Below, one piece after another: positions 58,718 to 64,000 of a stretch of 64,000 bases of DNA (position 1 is the stretch's first letter; every line of letters starts with the position of its first letter). Origin of the DNA: an uncultured Chlamydiae bacterium (GTDB taxonomy: Bacteria > Chlamydiota > Chlamydiia > Chlamydiales > SM23-39). The position numbers and the translations under genes were made by a program. The stretch covers positions 64,001 to 128,000 of the forward strand of contig CAVSSM010000002.1 of assembly GCA_963730605.1 (NCBI GenBank). The letters run 5' to 3'. The notes under the pieces were generated by a model. It was not told the origin of the DNA. It made no database searches and saw only the letters and a list, made by a program, of their open reading frames with translations.

Positions 58718-59838
58718 ATGTACAAAGCCATCCTCTCAAAAAAGCTCCCAAAAAACGACCGGGAGCAAGCCGTCCTGCTCGGCCTGATCGAGCTCTATCT
58801 GAAAATGGGCAAGCCCATCGGATCGAGCACGCTGCAAGATAGCGGGTTCGAATCGCTTAGTTCCGCGACCATCCGCAACTACTTCAGCAAGATGGAAGAA
58901 TCGGGATATCTCAAGCAGCAACATACCTCCGGCGGGCGCATCCCCACTGAGAAGGCGTTCAGGCTTTATGCGGATATCTATAAAGCTCAAGGCCATGTAG
59001 AAGAAGGCCAAGAAGAGATGCTATCCGTTGCCCTCAAAAGGGAAGACCGCGAAGTGGCCACCCTGATCAACCGGGCGGCCGATCTTTTGAGCGAGATGAC
59101 GAAATGCGCGGTGTTCGTATCGACCCCTCGGTTCGACCAGGACTTTGTCCAAGATATCCGGCTCATCAAACTCGACGACTCGAAACTCTTGGCTGTCGTC
59201 ATCACCGATTTCGGCCTGATCCGCACGGAGTCCATCTATCTAGACTATCCTATTGGCGCCTCTTTCTTGGAGTCTGCCGAAGAATACTTCCTTTGGCGGA
59301 TGAGCAAGAGAGAAAAACCCCTTTTTCGCGATGAAGCCGAGGCGAAACTCGCCCAGAGGATTTACAACGAAGTCATGGTCCGCCATGTCGTCGGCACTGC
59401 GAACTTCTCCCACGAAGAAATCTTGCGAACCGGCCTCTCGAAACTCCTTAGCTATCCTGAATTCAATGATGCGGCGGCCCTGGCAAGCAGCCTCTCCCTC
59501 TTAGAGGACGAGCCCCAGATGCGGAGCCTTCTTCGGGAATGTTGTAAGAAAAACGAACTTGTATATTGGATCGGCGATGATCTTTGCCCATCCATCCCTC
59601 CCGGATCCGAATGCGCGGTCCTTGCAATCCCCTACCGGATCAACCAGACCATCGCCGGAGCGATCGCGCTTCTTGGCCCAACGAGAATCCCCTATCGGAA
59701 CCTGATCGGGCTAAGCCGGCTTTTTAGCGATATATTAAGCCGCGCGCTAACGGAGAGCATCTACAAATATAAAATTACCTTCCGCCAGCCTAAAGCTGCG
59801 GGCGAAATAGAGAAAACTTCAATCTTACTGGAAAAAAA

Positions 59839-59842
<4 letters not shown>
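58718..59842 (+). CDS. hrcA: Heat-inducible transcription repressor
   Basis: PIGS..L, SSATIRN, QQHTSGGRIPT, GPTRIPY. Confidence 0.95.
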
Positions 59843-62309
<2,467 letters not shown>

Positions 62310-62339
62310 CCCAAACGGCTTTTTAGGCTAGAAGATGCG

Positions 62340-62368
62340 AACCCACGGTGGAAACACCGGGGTTTTTT
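62340..62368 (+). terminator. Terminator of the hrcA-grpE-dnaK operon
   Basis: aacccacggtg-gaaa-caccggggtt plus T tract. Confidence 0.75.
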
Positions 62369-62479
62369 CATGTTCAATAAATCGTAAGTATCTAATAATC
62401 AATAATAATTGCAAAATGGCATCGCTTATGCCAAATGGACGAAGAAACGGCAACTAAGGGTGCATTTTGCTTTACCATC

Positions 62480-63180
62480 GATTCTTCGAGGCGCCGGCCG
62501 CCACTTTTTATTTGGCCCATGAGGCACGGGAAAACCGACTTGGCTTAAGGGGAAATATAACAAGGCTCTTTGGCTGGATCTTTTAAATCCGCGCGAGGAG
62601 AGGCTCTACTCCATGAATCCCGAGCTTCTTCGGGAGCGCCTTGAAGCCGTTCCCAATCAGGAAACGGTCGTCATCGATGAGGTGCAGAAAGTCCCAAAAA
62701 TCTTGGATGTCGTCCACGGACTTATCGAAGAGAAAAAGAAAGTGCAGTTCATTTTAACAACCTGAGTTTTGGGTTCATTTGTCTATGAGATTCAAGGATA
62801 TTTCGAGCATATTTTTGCGCTTTGGAGCCGAGAGCAATATCGGGACGAGCATGCGAGCTGGATGGCCTTTGGTTTGGGATTCCTCTTTTCAAAAGACCCA
62901 AGTGGAACTCCACTTCTGGAGGACAAGGGCCGGGGTTGAGGTTGATTTCATCCTCTATGGATCCAACACTTTTTATGCGATCGAAGTAAAAAACGGCAAA
63001 GCGATCACACCTCATGACCTTAGCGGCCTCAAGGAATTCCAGAAAGACTATCCCGAGGCCACCCTCATCTTGATCTATCGAGGCAAAGAGAAAATCAAAC
63101 GCGATGGAATTCTTTGTCTTCCAGCCGAAGAATTCTTCTTGCAGATGAATCTCCTGTCTACTAACCCGCTACGCAAATAG
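62480..63180 (+). pseudogene. AAA_14/DUF4143 ATPase pseudogene
   Basis: FLFGP*GTGKPT (TGA in Walker A), VIDEVQKVP, then a MITE fragment and deletion, then FWRTRAGVEVDF..AIEVK; start approximate. Confidence 0.85.
62759..62852. mobile_element. Left part of MITE family C
   Basis: Nearly identical to 44228-44323. Confidence 0.92.
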
Positions 63181-63311
63181 GAGACAATTTATGCAGGTAA
63201 ACGGAGATTGTTCAGATCAAGGCGCCCGATGCAGGCAACCCCGAAGTGGGTTGTCGAAGCAGGGCAACAACGCAGAGATGGACAATCTACGTCCTGAAGA
63301 AATGTCTCATA
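63178..63311. mobile_element. MITE-like rod palindrome (family G)
   Basis: tag-gagaca..cagg / cctg..tgtctc-ata; agattgt/acaatct; gccc/gggc; caacc/ggttg. Confidence 0.7.
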
Positions 63312-63324
63312 TTTGCACAGCGGG

Positions 63325-63999
63325 TTAATAACTCCTTGCCTTCATAAGAATCTCCAGCACGGCCTCTTGAGCATCGGGGTCGTTTTCGAAACCGATCAAC
63401 AGAGGGCCTTTATGAGAAAAAAGCGAGGCCGAGTAGGGCGTGCCGAAAAGGCAAAGAATGCTGCCGGACATCGATCGGATAAGGTCGATGCAATCAGGGG
63501 AAAATCCATAGTTTTCATCCCTTGGCCCGAACTTATGAATCCCGATCACGATGGCGTCGAATCCTTCCAAGTCTTTCAGGACTTTGCGCCGCTCGGCCGC
63601 ATCGAGGCCGGGAGATACGGAAAATGTCCGGTTAAATCTTTGAAAGGAACCATCGGGGTCGCCGCCGATGGCCAAATAGGCCGTATTTTCAGGTAGATGC
63701 GGCAGCTCGCCCTGCAAAGAAATAGCTTCTCGATAGAGTTCCTTTTTGAGACGGATCGCCTCTTCCGAATGGAGGGCTTCAAAAAGCCCCTCCTCACTTA
63801 AGATAGAGGGCAGATGGAGGCCGAGCCGCTCTTTTGCCCTTAGGACCCTAGCTACACTCGCATCGAGTTGTTCGATCGACAGCGCGCCTTCCTCGAATCC
63901 TCTCTTTAGGGCATTCCAAGCTCTCGGGATATCCTCCCTTAAGATCTTGTCGATCCGGGGGGGGAAATCGGCGCCATAAAGGAGAAGATCGCATCCTGC
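63325..63999 (-). CDS. GH3 glycoside hydrolase (NagZ-like), C-terminal part; runs off the window
   Basis: Open frame to the edge: AGCDLLL..LDASVARVLRAKERLG..FGTPY..AQEAV. Confidence 0.75.
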   Translation of the reverse strand, partial: AGCDLLLYGADFPPRIDKILREDIPRAWNALKRGFEEGALSIEQLDASVARVLRAKERLGLHLPSILSEEGLFEALHSEEAIRLKKELYREAISLQGELPHLPENTAYLAIGGDPDGSFQRFNRTFSVSPGLDAAERRKVLKDLEGFDAIVIGIHKFGPRDENYGFSPDCIDLIRSMSGSILCLFGTPYSASLFSHKGPLLIGFENDPDAQEAVLEILMKARSY

Positions 64000-64000
64000 T

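Overview
A 64-kb chromosomal segment of an environmental Chlamydiota bacterium, inferred from gene content and Chlamydia-like gene order (murF-mraY/murD-LysM-ftsW-murG near a solitary groEL paralog; dnaX-ybaB-ptsI-ptsH; fused E1 alpha/beta; CIRCE-hrcA-grpE-dnaK). It holds about 50 CDS and two tRNAs (Cys, His). I found no CRISPR array, rRNA or transposase. The standout signal is a dense population of non-autonomous palindromic elements (MITE/ERIC/RPE-like). There are about 11 full-length copies (130-250 bp) plus several fragments, in roughly 7 terminal-repeat families, mostly TA-flanked and one TTA-flanked. Some internal hairpin modules are shared between families. Two complete elements sit in frame in housekeeping genes (+83 aa in UppP, +54 aa in the 2-oxoacid dehydrogenase E1), and remnants lie in frame in DnaX, MurG and a TreS-like protein. 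Others supply stop codons or break genes. Also notable: a 1105-aa effector candidate with pseudo-USP and macro-like domains, an exported TreS-like pseudo-enzyme, and a protein with a duplicated unknown domain. The frameshifts in dnaK, dnaX and the VIT1-like gene are most likely consensus errors. All calls come from manual motif reading; no database searches were run.
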